From NCBI GenBank assembly GCA_011109175.1, contig RDEW01000020.1, positions 1,006,703 through 1,070,702 on the forward strand: a stretch of DNA of 64,000 bases, given 5' to 3'. Position 1 is the first letter of the stretch, and each line of letters starts with the position of its first letter. Position numbers and translations under genes: made by a program. Of this stretch, positions 1 to 11,992 are shown piece by piece. This DNA comes from Dicyema japonicum (taxonomy: Eukaryota > Animalia > Dicyemida). The notes beneath the pieces are model-generated. The model was not told the DNA's origin. It worked only from the letters and a program-made list of their open reading frames with translations, and made no database searches.

Positions 1-480
1 GCAGTGGCGGACTCGACATAATGAGACCTGGCTACCTGAAAGATCTAATTTGATAGCCTTCGATAAGAAGAACGGTGGACTACGACTAGTTGCGGTCGGG
101 TTTGTCTTCAGAAGACTGGCTGGTAAAATTGCCTCCAGACTGCCTACCTTCATTCTTGCTTTTTGAGGAATACCCAATCCATTCGTATTCTGGAGTGCAA
201 CAGGGAGATCAACTTGGAACCCTATTGTTTCGTCTTGCAATAGAGAAAATCATTAAACTTCCGCGCTCGCCCTTCAACCTATGGTATTTGGATGATGCGG
301 TCCTCGGAGGACCCCCGGATACTGTTTTCCGGGATTTGGAATTTACTGCCTGGAAGTATTTCCATACCCGATGAAGAACTTACATTCCTCGGATCCCTAA
401 TCACCATAAATGCAATGGGAAAAGCTATGCTTGAAAAACGACTGTTACTCGGAGACGACTCTTCAATTGAAAAACGACTC
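1..480 (+). mobile_element. CRE/SLACS-like non-LTR retrotransposon RT fragment (internally deleted)
   Basis: Frames read SGGLDIMRPGYLK, NLIAFDKKNGGLRLVAVGFVFRRLAGK, SGVQQGDQLGTLLF and WYLDD. These match CRE-clade RT motifs (GGPDGLRP..LKD; GGIRPIAVG; GVQQGDPLG; WYLDDG). Confidence 0.75.
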
Positions 481-499
481 TTCAATTAGAAAACTTTCA

Positions 500-890
500 A
501 TAGGTTTATCTTGTGTTCTGGTCTAATCAACTTTACTGAATTCTCTTAGATTGCGGATAGTTTCAATGACGAGGAGCGTGAAATCTGCATTGCCTACGAA
601 GGACTTGCATACGTCATCGTGGGTCGGATAAATTGTTCATAAACTGTAGCAAGACTCCCAGTTTGTTTGTTAAATGTTTTTGAGAGCACTTTTAAAATTC
701 TCATTTTCTTCAGAGCAAACTTTGTTATCAATATGTCGGAAAAAGAGAGTCCCTGATCAAAGGTGACTCTCAGAATCCTCGGTGTTTTGTTAATAGAAAT
801 AGCATCGTTCTTCATAAGGAATTTGGTTCGACACAGATGTGGTAAACCGCGTGACAGAGAACTTCGTTGCTGATGTGTCAAGCCTTCGCT
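500..890 (-). mobile_element. APE-type LINE, RT thumb fragment
   Basis: ORF 594-1019 contains LRVTFDQGLSFS and VYEQFIRPTMTYASPS, matching the LGVTFD..L.F and LY...IRP.L.YA motifs. Confidence 0.65.
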
Positions 891-892
891 TC

Positions 893-3800
893 GAGAGCCA
901 TTATTATTATTTAAGCCAAAAAAACACCGTCTTAACCAATAACTAATATTCAGGTGATCCCGGCATCTTTCAATAATCGGGCCATTTTTTCTCGATGCTC
1001 CGACCGTGATCCCACGCATTTTCTATACGGAGGGGGTCTTTTTCCTTTCCTCTTCTGAAATTGCCTCCAGTTGCCTCTATGATAGACTCGAGTGCTCTGG
1101 GGACAATTTCTTTATCTGTATATTTTTCTAGTAATTTTTTTGCTCTTGACTGGATCTCTTGAATTTTTGTTAGGTTCGTTGCCGACAGGTTAGATCCCCA
1201 TGCAGCACATGCATAGTTTATTGTTGGCACGACATACTGCTTGTAGAGGGTCACGATACCTGGCAGATAAATTCCTCCACAGTTCCAAAGGAAGGCCTTT
1301 ACAAAATTGATCTTTGTTGGCTCGACATACTGCTTGTAGAGGGTCCCGATACCTGGCGGATAAATTCCTCCACAGTTCCAAAGGAAGGCCTTTACAAAAT
1401 TGATCTTCTTTGCACAGGTTGATATGATAGATTCCACATGGGCTGAGAAGCAGAGGAAAGTATCAAAAGTTACTCCCAGTATCTTCTGCTATTTCTTTTG
1501 TGGTATAGGTACTCCATTTAACGTGACATCAATTGTTTGCGTTCCCATCTTTCTATTCTTAGTAAATAGAGTGACTGCTGACTTTTCGGAACATTCATTT
1601 AATCGATTTGACTGCTGACTTTTCGGAACATGCATTCATGCATTTAATCGATTCCTTGGGGTACACCATTGGGTAATAATCCCGATCTGGAACTCTTGTT
1701 TCCGACGGACACTTTCCCTCGGCGTTCACTTACGAAATTTGCTAACCATAACTTTAATGGTGCATCAATTTTTGTCAAAAATATTTTTCGCATGAGGATC
1801 TTTCTTGGGACAGAGTCGAAAGCTTTTTGAATGTCGATCGTACATATGACCGATTTTTCCTGTTTTGGCTTGTTCTTGTGTCCTTCAGTTATGAACTTCA
1901 TTAATGTTGTTAGGAAGGAGGTTGTTGATAATCCTTCCTTGAAGCCATGTTGGAATGTAGGTTGTGGGAGAGAAGGGCAAATAAGTTTTAGGACCAGTTT
2001 CTCCAGGATCTTTGACAAAACACATATAAGGGAAACTGGTCTGTAAGAGCCGGGATCGTTCTTCGATCTTCCCGGCTTCAATATTGGTCGAATTTTTGAT
2101 AGTTTCCATAAAGTGGGTATGGTATTTATGTTCAGCGATGTGTTGTAGATGATTGTTAATGCATTTATTGATGCTGGGCCAAGTGTTTCAGCAGAATAAG
2201 AGGAATTCCGTCTGGGCCACATGAGTTTGTTTTTTTCTAATTTGATATTGCTTCGGATACATCTTTAGGGAGAAAATAAATCAGCGGGGCAACTTTGGAT
2301 GGCTTTCTCTTTATTTTCGTTTGTGTGTTAATCTTTTTATAAGGAATGTGACTGATTCGAAATCAATGTTTCATATATTTATTCAGATTGAGCTGGCATT
2401 GTTCTTTGTTATCTTCGTATTCTGGGTTCTTAAGACGCCTCAACATCTTCCACATGTTGGAAATTGAGGTCTGATTATTCATGGCAGCAGAGATTCGCAT
2501 GAGTTTCTTCCTTTGGGTGTTGTTTGTGCTTTTCGTAATAAGAATGTCGAGTGACCTGATTCGATTAATAACCTCTCGTGAACGATGTATCATTTTCTTA
2601 AGGTTGTTTCTTTCCATAATTATTTTCTTTGTTTTTGAGTCGTATTTCAATTTTTCGTTTTTTATATATGCTTTTCTGATAAAAATATTTAATAACCTCT
2701 CGTGAACGATGTATCATTTTCTTAAGGTTGTTTCTTTCCATAATTATTTTCTTTGTTTTTGAGTCGTATTTCAATTTTTCGTTTTTTATATATGCTTTTC
2801 TGATAAAAATATTTCTCCCGTCAATGATTGTTTTGTTGAAATAGTATACAGCTTTGTCTATGGAAGAGAAATTTTCAGGTTGGAAATGTTGCAGTTTTGA
2901 ATCAACGAAATTCGTAAAGCCAGTCCAATTTGCATTTTTGTAATCATAGAAATGAATAGGCTTCGGTACAAAGCGTGGCTCGCAGTTCAGCTTCATTAAC
3001 ATTGAATGGTGGTCGCTCCGGAGGTCATAACGGACCGTCCAACTAATGATCGGGGAAAGACGAGGTGAGCAGACGGATAAGTCCGGAGATGTCACCATGT
3101 CCTTCGTGTTGTATGGTGTGGTACAAAGCGTGGCTCGCAGTTCAGCTTCATTAACATTGAATGGTGGTCGCTCCGGAGGTCATAACGGACCGTCCAACTA
3201 ATGATCGGGGAAAGACGAGGTGAGCAGACGGATAAGTCCGGAGATGTCACCATGTCCTTCGTGTTGTATGGTGTCCTAGTGTTCTTTTTCGGGTTGTTGA
3301 TGATTATTAAGTTTTGCATTTGGGATAATAGCAGGTTTCCTCTGTTATCAGTGGATTGGTATCGGAACCAAGAAGGGTGCTTTGCATTCAGGTCTCCACA
3401 TAAAAGCAAGTTCTCCACTTTGTCCAAGGTAGATAAGTCAAAGAAGAAATTTATCTTGCAGGAGCTAGGAGGAGGAACATAAACATTCGCAATTTCAATT
3501 TTTCCAATGGAAGTTATAACAGAGATTCCAATTATCTCCGTGTTCGAGTCTGTCATTAAGCTCTTGTAAAGAGAAGGGTTCTCGAGGTATTTTATTTCTT
3601 TTCTCACAAGAGTCAGTAGACCCCCTCCTTGGCCAGATGGGCGGTCGGATCTTACTGTGTTGTATCCGTTAAAGAAAGGAGTAGGAATGTTATTTGAAAG
3701 TTTCGTTTCCTGGAGAAGGCAGATGTCCACTCTGTTCCTCTCCAAGAATAAGGAAAGTTCGGCAATCTTTCCTCTGATCCCGTTTATGTTTAAGCTTTGG

Positions 3801-4195
3801 ATTGTTAACTTCTTTGGGCCTGGGTTTTGTTCCACGTCTCCTGAGGTCAACAGTCTCAATCGATAGAATGTTCCAACAATGAGAGAATGCTGTCCAGTGG
3901 GAAGTCCTCTGGTTGGTAGAGAGCAAATGGTTCTTTTTAGATATAGTTTAGGACTATATCCGACGCCACCAGAAACGGTGAGCCACATGACACACGCTAA
4001 CATATCAATATAATTCCAGCTTGTTGATAACAGGTGATTCATAGACTACTCAGGCAGATATGTTTAACGTTTAAGGTAAGTGTTTAAAGTTTTTTTAGCT
4101 TTTGATCAGTAGAAAGGATTGTACACAAAGATTATTCAGGAGACACACTGAGTCTGTTTTTGGTTCGCTGAAGTTAACGAACACACTTGCTAATC
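893..4195 (-). mobile_element. Near full-length APE-type LINE ORF2 (2A leader + APE endonuclease + RT + thumb + 3' tail), degraded
   Basis: EN: SLNINGI, CLLQETKL, CGDLNAKH, SPDL, SDHH (3092-4042). RT: PILKPG..SYRPVSL, QHGFKEG, IDIQKAFDSV, GVPQG (1644-2222). Downstream ILGVTFD and LYKQYVVPTINYACAAW. Family 3' end GGATCACCTGA...ACGGTGTTTTTTTGGCTT(AAT)n at about 893-960. The YADD region is deleted. Confidence 0.9.
3816..3875 (-). other. 2A-like ribosome-skipping (StopGo) peptide at the N-terminus of LINE ORF2
   Basis: In-frame FYRLRLLTSGDVEQNPG/P immediately before the APE domain; exact D(V/I)ExNPGP consensus. Confidence 0.85.
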
Positions 4196-4199
4196 AACA

Positions 4200-4700
4200 A
4201 TTATTATTATTAAAACCAAGATCACTGTTAAACCAGAACTAATTAAGCTAAGTGATCCCGACGCGATCAAATAGCTCCCTCAGCTTGGAGCGGTGTTCCT
4301 CCATCGAGCCCACACAAATCCGAACTGGTCGGTAAACTGTCCGGTCCTGATAGAAGGGCTAAGCACATCCTGGGTAGAACTATAGGTAATATGGCTCTCG
4401 CTTACAGTGCGTTTTATACTTTTATTTATTTAAACACCCCAAGACCACGGTCAAAAATCAAAAATAACTATCACGTGATCCCAAAATGTTCGAATAAAGT
4501 CTTCATCTTTCTCTCTCGATCCCACACATGTACGTATCGGGCGGCTGTTTGCAGAGGTGTCTTGAGTCATACCGGAATCTAGCCGCATGAGGACTTCTAG
4601 AGGAGTCGGTCCATATCAATGTTCCGGATCCATACTTTTAGTTCTGCAGTGAGCTTTGAATTTCTTAGACTTCTAAAATGATGTGATAATTTATATTAAT
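4200..4700 (-). mobile_element. Two stacked 5'-truncated LINE 3' ends of the same family
   Basis: 4200-4400 encodes CVGSMEEHRSKLRELFDRVGIT* followed by the family tail and (TAA)n. A second tail (GGATCAC...GACCGTGGTCTTGGGTG, TTTA-rich) lies at about 4425-4485. Confidence 0.65.
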
Positions 4701-5439
4701 AAAAATAATTTAAATATGGAATATTTATTGGTAGTGTAGTTGTTCATTTTAGTATGAATCATTTTATCTGAAATATCATGATCATTGTAAGGCAGAGAAT
4801 CAATATGAAGTATTATTGGTTATTATAACAAGATACATATGGCTAGTGTAAAATTGTCTAAAGAAACCAACCTGGAAAAGTCCACAGATGATACTCAACT
4901 AAATACAATAAACGACAAACTAATATTATTAGTAAGCATGAATGAGCATCTAAAGTTCTGTATCTCTTTTATTATTACTTGTAGTGATTAATAATTGTAG
5001 GGAATCTTTAAACTCTATTAATTATAGATTATCCAATACAGAATGTATTACTAAACAATTTAATAATTTTTAACATTACAATTTACCGATATTCGATTTA
5101 ATATTTTATTACTTCCATGGCAAAGGAAATAGGTCCGAATGTTCTCTTTTCTAATCGATTTCTTGTGGAAGCACGAGATAATGCGCTTCTTGGAAACAGT
5201 GTTTAAAAAGGAGGACCACCGATGTAAGATGACGCTGCCGGTTGTTGGAACTGAGATCACATAAACTATTTTACTATACTTTACCGTGTGCACGTCAGTC
5301 ACAGAGAGAGCGTGGAAAAAGGATCATTTAATTGGAGTGTCTGTTATTCATGTTTTAAGCAAATAATGTCTGCAGGTGTTGAATATTGATAAAACATTTA
5401 AGACATATATCTATTGTGGCTTATTGCTATTGAAATTTA

Positions 5440-7700
5440 TTTCCAAAGACCACAGTTAAAGACACAAACAAGAAATTATGTAATCCCGGCGAATTTCAAT
5501 AGGGATCTCAGCTTGTCCCGGTGGTCTTCCCTTGATCCAACACAAGCATGCAATGGACGAATGATCCTCTGGTATCGTTGAAATTGGCCTCCTTTTCTTC
5601 AGTTAAAGACAAAAACAAGAAATTATGTAATCCCGGCGAATTTAAATAGGGACCTCAGCTTGTCCCGGTGGTCTTCCCTCGATCCAACACAAGCACGCAG
5701 TGGACGAATGATTTTCTGGTATCGTTGAGATTGGCCTCCTTTTCTTCTTATTAAGTCTTCCAAGGGGGTAGGTGTAGAATTTAGATCGCCTTTGGTCCAG
5801 TTTTCTATCACGGAAAACGCTTTTTTTTGGGTTGTTGCAATTCTCTGGGAATTCGTCCAAGAAATTGAGGGGCCCCATGATGCACGTATATATGATATGC
5901 ATGGCTCGACATACTGGCTGTATAGTGATTTCAGAACGGGATGACTGCTGATCTTCCATTGATTTTCTTTTCACATTTGTTTAAAACATTCCCCACGTGG
6001 CGTGAGAAAGTCATATGGGTGTCTAATACTACTCCTGGGATCTTCTGCCATTTTTGGAATGGCAACTTGCCTCCATCTGCTTCTATATCTACTATCCTGT
6101 TGGATTTTATCTTATCAGAAGAAAGGAGAGACATAATCGATTTTTCCGGGCTGATCGACAGACTGTTTTCATTTAACCAGTAGATTAAGCAGTTTACACC
6201 TAATTGTTATATCTCCGAGGATAGGTGAACGTTTTGATCCTTGGATGCAATAACAACATCATTTGCCTAAGCTAGTAAAAGGTCATCCTCATGCTCTGGA
6301 GTCGTGATAACATTCAAGAAAAAGTTGATGAGTATAGGGGATAGAGGATATCCTTGGGGTATTCCATTTGGAATTAAACGTGAGCTCGACCGTAGGTTTT
6401 CCAAACAGACTCGTCCACTGAGGAAATTCACCAGCCAGAGTTTGAAATTCCCAGATATATCCGTCTTATAGATTTTCCTGGTGAGTCTTTTTCTTGGGAT
6501 GGAGTCGAATGCCTTGTGAATGTCTACAGAACATAGAATTGTTTTTTTGTGCATGGGTTTGTTGGTGAACCTCGAGCGAATAAGATCACTCAGGGATAGT
6601 AGGTAAGGACATCCGTCACTCAGGACATCCGTCGAGTGAAGGGATTTAAATCCGTGTTGGAATGGTTTCTATGGGATTGTTTCTCTGATCTTCTGAAGAA
6701 CTAGCTTTTCCATAATTTTCGACATTGAAGATAGCAAAGATGCCGGTCTGAATGATGTCGGGTCGTTTTATAGTTTTCCCATCTTCAATATCGGGCAAAT
6801 GTAGGCGAGTTTCCATAGTGAGGGGATCGTGTTTTCCCTTAAAGACCAATTATCGACTTTTGTAAGGGTCCTGATCCGCTCCGGTCCAAGATTTTCAGCA
6901 GGATAACAGGGATTCCATCTGGGCCGTGGGAATAAGTAGTCTTTGTATTGAGCAGTGCTTCTTTTACATCCGTTTCTGAAAAGTAGGAAGATAAGCGGTC
7001 CCTCTTCGGTTTTTCCAAAGGAAGTTGACTTGTCTTGATCTTCCGTTTCTCTTTATGGGCAATTTTCACATAAAACTTCATAATGGAATTCAGATCCTTA
7101 TGGCTGTATTCGGATTCGTCGGTTGGTCTATCATCAGCCCTTGATATGTCCCGAATGATTTTCCATACTTGGGCGGTTGTCTTATTTCGGTTCAAAGCTG
7201 TGAGAACTCGTGACCACTTTGCTTTTTGTATCTTAAGTCATTTGGCCTTTATATTTTCATTCAGTGGTTTCAATCGGAGTTTTGCCTCGGTTGAGCGAAT
7301 TCCAGCTTTATTGAGGCTATTTCTTTCCTTGACCAAAGCCTCTTGTATAGCAAGAGGTGTCTTATTGGGTCAGCCATTTTTCTCCCTTGCAGAACGATGT
7401 CATTTATGTGATACACCGCCTTGGCAAGGGAGGAACCCTCCAGATTTACGTCAGCCAAATGATATTCAGTAATAATCCGGAAAAGGTTCCAGTTTGCGGA
7501 TTTGCACATGTAGGTCGGTTTCTTACAAAATACTTCCCTCATGATCTTCAATAAAATAGGGTTATGGTCGCTTCTGGTATCGTATATGACGGACCAAGTT
7601 ACTCTTGTAGAGAGGGTTGGAGAGCAAAGAGTGATGTCTGGGGATGTGGGTTGGTCAGAAGTCCTGAAAGGGGTTCTTGTATATTTCGAGGGGTCTATAA
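5440..7700 (-). mobile_element. Degenerate APE-type LINE ORF2 copy with 3' tail
   Basis: Fragments ANWNLF, GPDGIP, SVDIHKAFDSIP, GIPQGYPLSPIL, PGVVLD and CVGSREDHRDKLRSLFKFAGIT*; family tail at 5440-5490. Confidence 0.85.
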
Positions 7701-7719
7701 AAGAATGATAAAATTACAA

Positions 7720-8200
7720 ATAAACTTTATTTGTTGGGTTTAACTACAAAAATGACTAACCAAGTAAAACGAGTAAATTATATAGTTGAGCGGATTTTAA
7801 TCCAGATTGCTGGAATTACCAGCAACTCCCTGTTATTCCATCTCCACATCAGAGTCAGTCGAAATTTATCTTAGAGTGCAGTGGAATGTCTTCACGGCAC
7901 GTCAGTTCCACAAGCTAAGAGGTAGTAGAGGTTTACTCTTCATCAAAAACTTTAATCCCGCGTTTGTGTTCAATTAGCATGCTTTCGAGAGTCCTTTTTA
8001 ACACAACTGAGTGCGGGAAAGTTCTCGTCGCTCATTCAACAGATAGTTTATCCATATAGTTATGTAAGAATTCCGAGACGACTCCATCCAGGTCATAACC
8101 AGCGGGATAATCTTTACTTGATATTCCAATAGAAAGCTCACTTGCGAAGAGTTCGTACATGTGACATTTTCTACTCTCACCTGTTTTAGGCGATTCTGAG
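7720..8200 (-). mobile_element. Jockey-like LINE remnant
   Basis: WINYLLNERR (RT WI..FL..R motif) and an AATAAA-type tail near 7720; heavily decayed. Confidence 0.35.
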
Positions 8201-8288
8201 ATGTCTTGATCTTGTTGTATGCGTAAATATCTAGTTGTTAAACTGTACTTTTTTTCAGTCAGAATCGACTCTTATCTAAACATTCTGT

Positions 8289-8760
8289 GTGGAAACAAAG
8301 ACTCCAGGAGATGCTAAAAAAAGAGCTATAAAACGCGGAGAATCTCACTTGTTGCTAGGATTCAGGAATGAGGACGACGCTTCAGCTTTCTATGTTGAGG
8401 TTAATACTAAGGTACCTTTTGGGCCCGGGGCACATAATATGCCACGGGTCATTCCCAAGGCTTCGGTGTCAATAGTGCTAGTCTTCGGAGATCCTCTGGA
8501 TTTCTTAGATGATAATGTAGTCGAACACATCAAGAAAGACTCCACAAGCGGGGAAGGAGACTCCGGACCATGAAGGTCTGGCTTCTCTCTGGAGCAGAGG
8601 CAGATAGGATCTGAATTGCGGGGGTCCAAATTCTCGGAAGGCCTGCCAATCAAAAGTCAGGTCTCTCAAGTGGGTGAACTGTGGGGAGGAAGGACACAGG
8701 GCAAGCCATTTGAGATGCCCCCTGTATCAAAAGAAGGTACTACAAGGGAGTCCTCTTGAA
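8289..8760 (+). mobile_element. Possible LINE ORF1 (gag-like) remnant
   Basis: LNCGGPNSRKAC and WVNCGG resemble decayed CCHC knuckles of Jockey/I-type ORF1. Confidence 0.35.
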
Positions 8761-8829
8761 TAGCTATTTCGGAAGTTTAGAGATTTTGGCTTGGCTCCCG
8801 TTCTCCTCACGAGTTTGTCAGTCTTCCAT

Positions 8830-9700
8830 TGGAAGTAAAAATCATAGAGCTGAACTTTTCAAAACTTGTGTTCCTCTTAAGCCAACAGTTCAGGTTGTTC
8901 AGTCACTCTTTTAAACGAGTACCCGCTGTGTAGATACACTGGTCTCTTGTTGCCAGGATTATGCTGTCAGCATAAGAGAGGAACAGAATATCGTCGCTGC
9001 TGTGGGAAGGTATGTCGCTCATAAAGAGGTTGAAAGAATGGGTGAGAGAGGGGATCCTTGTAGTACCCCAATCGGCAGAAATGTTTTTAGCAGAAAATAT
9101 GGAAAGTGAAATAACTCTTCCTCTTCGTCGTTGACAAAGTTTGCAAGCCAAATTTTTAAGTTGTTTGGAAAGTTAAAGCTATAAATCTTCTAAGTAAGCA
9201 ATTTCTTCGGAATCGATTCAAAAGCCTTCTTTCTGTATGTCAATGAAATACATAATGGTCTTTTGAGGTTTGCATTGTAGGCCTTCCTTGATGAATTTNN
9301 NNNNNNNNNNNNNNNNNNNNNNNNNNNNNNNNNNNNNNNGGTAAGCAATTTCTTCGGAATCGAGTCAAAAGCCTTCTTTCTGTATGTCAATGAAACGCAT
9401 AATGGTCTTTTGGGGTTTGCATTGTAGGCCTTCCTTGATGAATTTTATCAAACAAGTAAGGTGAGTAGTTGTGGAGCGAGGCTTCTTAAAACCATATTGG
9501 AAGGATACGTCCCGGAGGTAAGGTTTAATCTGATCGAATTGAGTTTTTCCAGGATTTTTGAGGTGGCAAACAGAAGGGATATTGGTCTGTATGAAGCCGG
9601 TGAGTCCTTCGGCCGTCCAGATTTTAAGATAAGCCGAATATGGGATAATTTCCATAAAGTAGAAATGGAATTCCTACTGATGGGGAGATTGTAAAAAAGT
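8830..9700 (-). mobile_element. APE-type LINE RT fragment
   Basis: KSGRPKDSPASYRPISL across a frameshift, QYGFKKPRSTTT, KKAFDSIP, SFNLFMSDIP and SYAD. Confidence 0.8.
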
Positions 9701-9863
9701 GAGGGCCAAGATGGTTAATTAATAAATTGTGTTAATTATGGGGAAGTGAATAAATTAATATTGAGAATCCTTAATAATTAATTATAATATAATTTATTTA
9801 AAATAGCATATTTGAATAAAATTTACTAAACAGCGCGTTTCTTCGGTTCTTTGTTGTTATAAA

Positions 9864-11185
9864 ATGGGTATATATAATTCGAAACCTGTAATGGACATGG
9901 AAATGATAGAAGGAACGATTGATAAGAAGACTTATTGTTCATGTTCTGTTCAAGGATGGAGGAAAGGGCAGGAGGATTGTTTTGTGTCACTTCCTGATTT
10001 TGCCGACAATTTGTCACTTTTTGGAATATTTGACGGTCATGGAGGTAAAATATTTTCAATTAAAATCAGGTTATGAAGTCTCAAGGTTTTCAACAGAAAG
10101 ACTCCCAGAGCTTTTGAAGAAAAACAAAAATTTTGAGTGTGGCAACTACAAAAAAGCTTTGCAGGAAACATTCTTGGAGTTTGACAAATATCTTCGCACA
10201 GAGAAGGGAAATAATGAGTTGTTGCTGCTGAGGACTGAAGACTCAAATGACATAATTGATGACACAGAGGATATTGGTCGATTAATAGAGGAGGCATCAC
10301 TCCCTTTGGATGAATTGATTAAGGAATATAATATAACTGAGAGGACGGTGGAGAAAGACTGTGGGAGTTTTATGGACAAATTAATGGAGGAGGATAACAG
10401 TGAGGATGATGCCGATGTCAACTGTGATGATTTGGGTGAGTCTTCGGATTCCTCTGAAAGTGAGGAGTTCGAGTGTGATGATGAGACTCCTCAACTAGAG
10501 AAATCTAATGAGGCTGCTTTTGACTGTGGGACAACTGCAGTGGTTGCATTACTAAGCGGGGATAATCTGGTTGTTGCAAATGTTGGGGATTCTCGCTGTG
10601 TTTTGTCGAGGAAGGGGGTCTGTTTGCCAATGTCTGAGGATCATAAACCAGAAGATGAGAAGGAATCACAGAGAATATTGAAGGCGGGGTCAGAAATATC
10701 AAACGGAAGGGTCGACAATGGCTTGAATTTATCACGTGCGTTGGGTGATTGGAGATACAAGGAGGTGGAAGGATTAGAATTGGAGGAACAGGCAATAACA
10801 TCCCAACCAGATGTGATGGAGATGACTTTGGTTGATGATGATGAGTTTATGGTGATGGCCACTGATGGAATATGGAATTCTATAAGTAGTGATGATACTA
10901 TAGCATATGTAAGACATCATCTTATTAATGGAGAAATGCCCAGTGGTATTTGTAGTAAGGTTATTGATGGTTATATTGTAGCTATTTAATGATGTCTTAG
11001 CTGACAATACTGATGGTGATGGAATTGGATGTGATAATATGACATGCACTGTTGTGTTGTTTAAGACTATGGACTATTTCACCGCTTTACCACCAACTAA
11101 TCCTGTTGTTATTAATGGTTGTGGGGATTCTGATGATGGAACTGATGTTGTTAGTTCACCCAAACGTTCTAAATGTGACAATTAG
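9864..11185 (+). CDS. PPM1G: Protein phosphatase 2C, PPM1G (PP2C-gamma)-like; 3 exons: 9864-10044, 10070-10959, 10982-11185
   Basis: MGIYNSKP N-terminus (myristoylation-type MG), QGWR..QED, FDGHGG rebuilt across a 25-nt GT-AG intron (10045-10069), long acidic insert, GTTA, ANVGDSRC, DHKP, NLSRALGD, ATDGIW, and DGDGIGCDNMTC rebuilt across a 22-nt intron (10960-10981). Stop TAG at 11183-11185. Confidence 0.9.
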
Positions 11186-11289
11186 ATTACTTTCCTTTTT
11201 ATAATACGTACTGATTGAGTTATTAATTATTTTGTTCAGTATTATCTCAAAAATAATGGAAAACATCCCCCGACAGGATGATAACACTA

Positions 11290-11700
11290 CCTACTTCTAA
11301 TGGTCGGAATTAGGTTGGGGATGCTATCTTTGTACTCTCCGAAAAATTTGGCCGCTTCATTCTGGACTTAAGTCATGGCTCTAAGCAAACCATGATCAGA
11401 AAAGAAGGAAGCATTTTGTAGGATCACTTGTTTGTCCCATTTGCTGTTGAGGAATCCTTGGCCCACAAGCAAACGATCTAGTCCGTGGATTGGCTCAATG
11501 ATTCAAAGGGTCTCCAAGGGACTGCGTGCGACTGGATGGCTTCGAAAGCGTATATCGATAGCTATTGTCAGNACGATCTAGTCCGTGGATTGGCTCAATG
11601 ATTCAAAGGGTCTCCAAGGGACTGCGTGCGACTGGATGGCTTCGAAAGCGTATATCGATAGCTATTGTCAGAGGAAAAAGGATAGTGATTTAAGCTACTT
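11290..11700 (+). mobile_element. CRE-like retrotransposon 3' end (REL endonuclease C-terminus)
   Basis: HLFVPFAVE; the nucleotide block GGGACTGCGTGCGACTGGATGGCTTCGAAAGCGTATATCGATAGCTATTGTCAGAG is the reverse complement of the copy at 20.55 kb. Confidence 0.7.
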
Positions 11701-11992
11701 ATAAAAAAATTAGTATTTTGGCACATTGAATGGACAAACAGATTTTTACATTAATAATAACAATCATTTTTTGTTTTGGGGCTGAGAATTTGTGTGGAAT
11801 TGCAATTAACTCGACAAATCTGAGATTTATGTCTTCTCATACAATAGATGTTATAATTCTATCAGAACATATGTGAGGTCTTTGAGTCAAAAAAATACTG
11901 GAGAACAGAACTCGAGATCAGTGCTTCAAAAACGTTGCATTACCTTTGATATGGAGTAGTTTCCACTAGACAGTAATCAGCAGATAAATATA

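Noticed and set aside
4043-4200. HDV-like ribozyme at the 5' end of the 2A-containing LINE
   Set aside because: I could not find the SINE core or another nested-pseudoknot pattern there, and the 5' end may be truncated by the neighbouring insertion.
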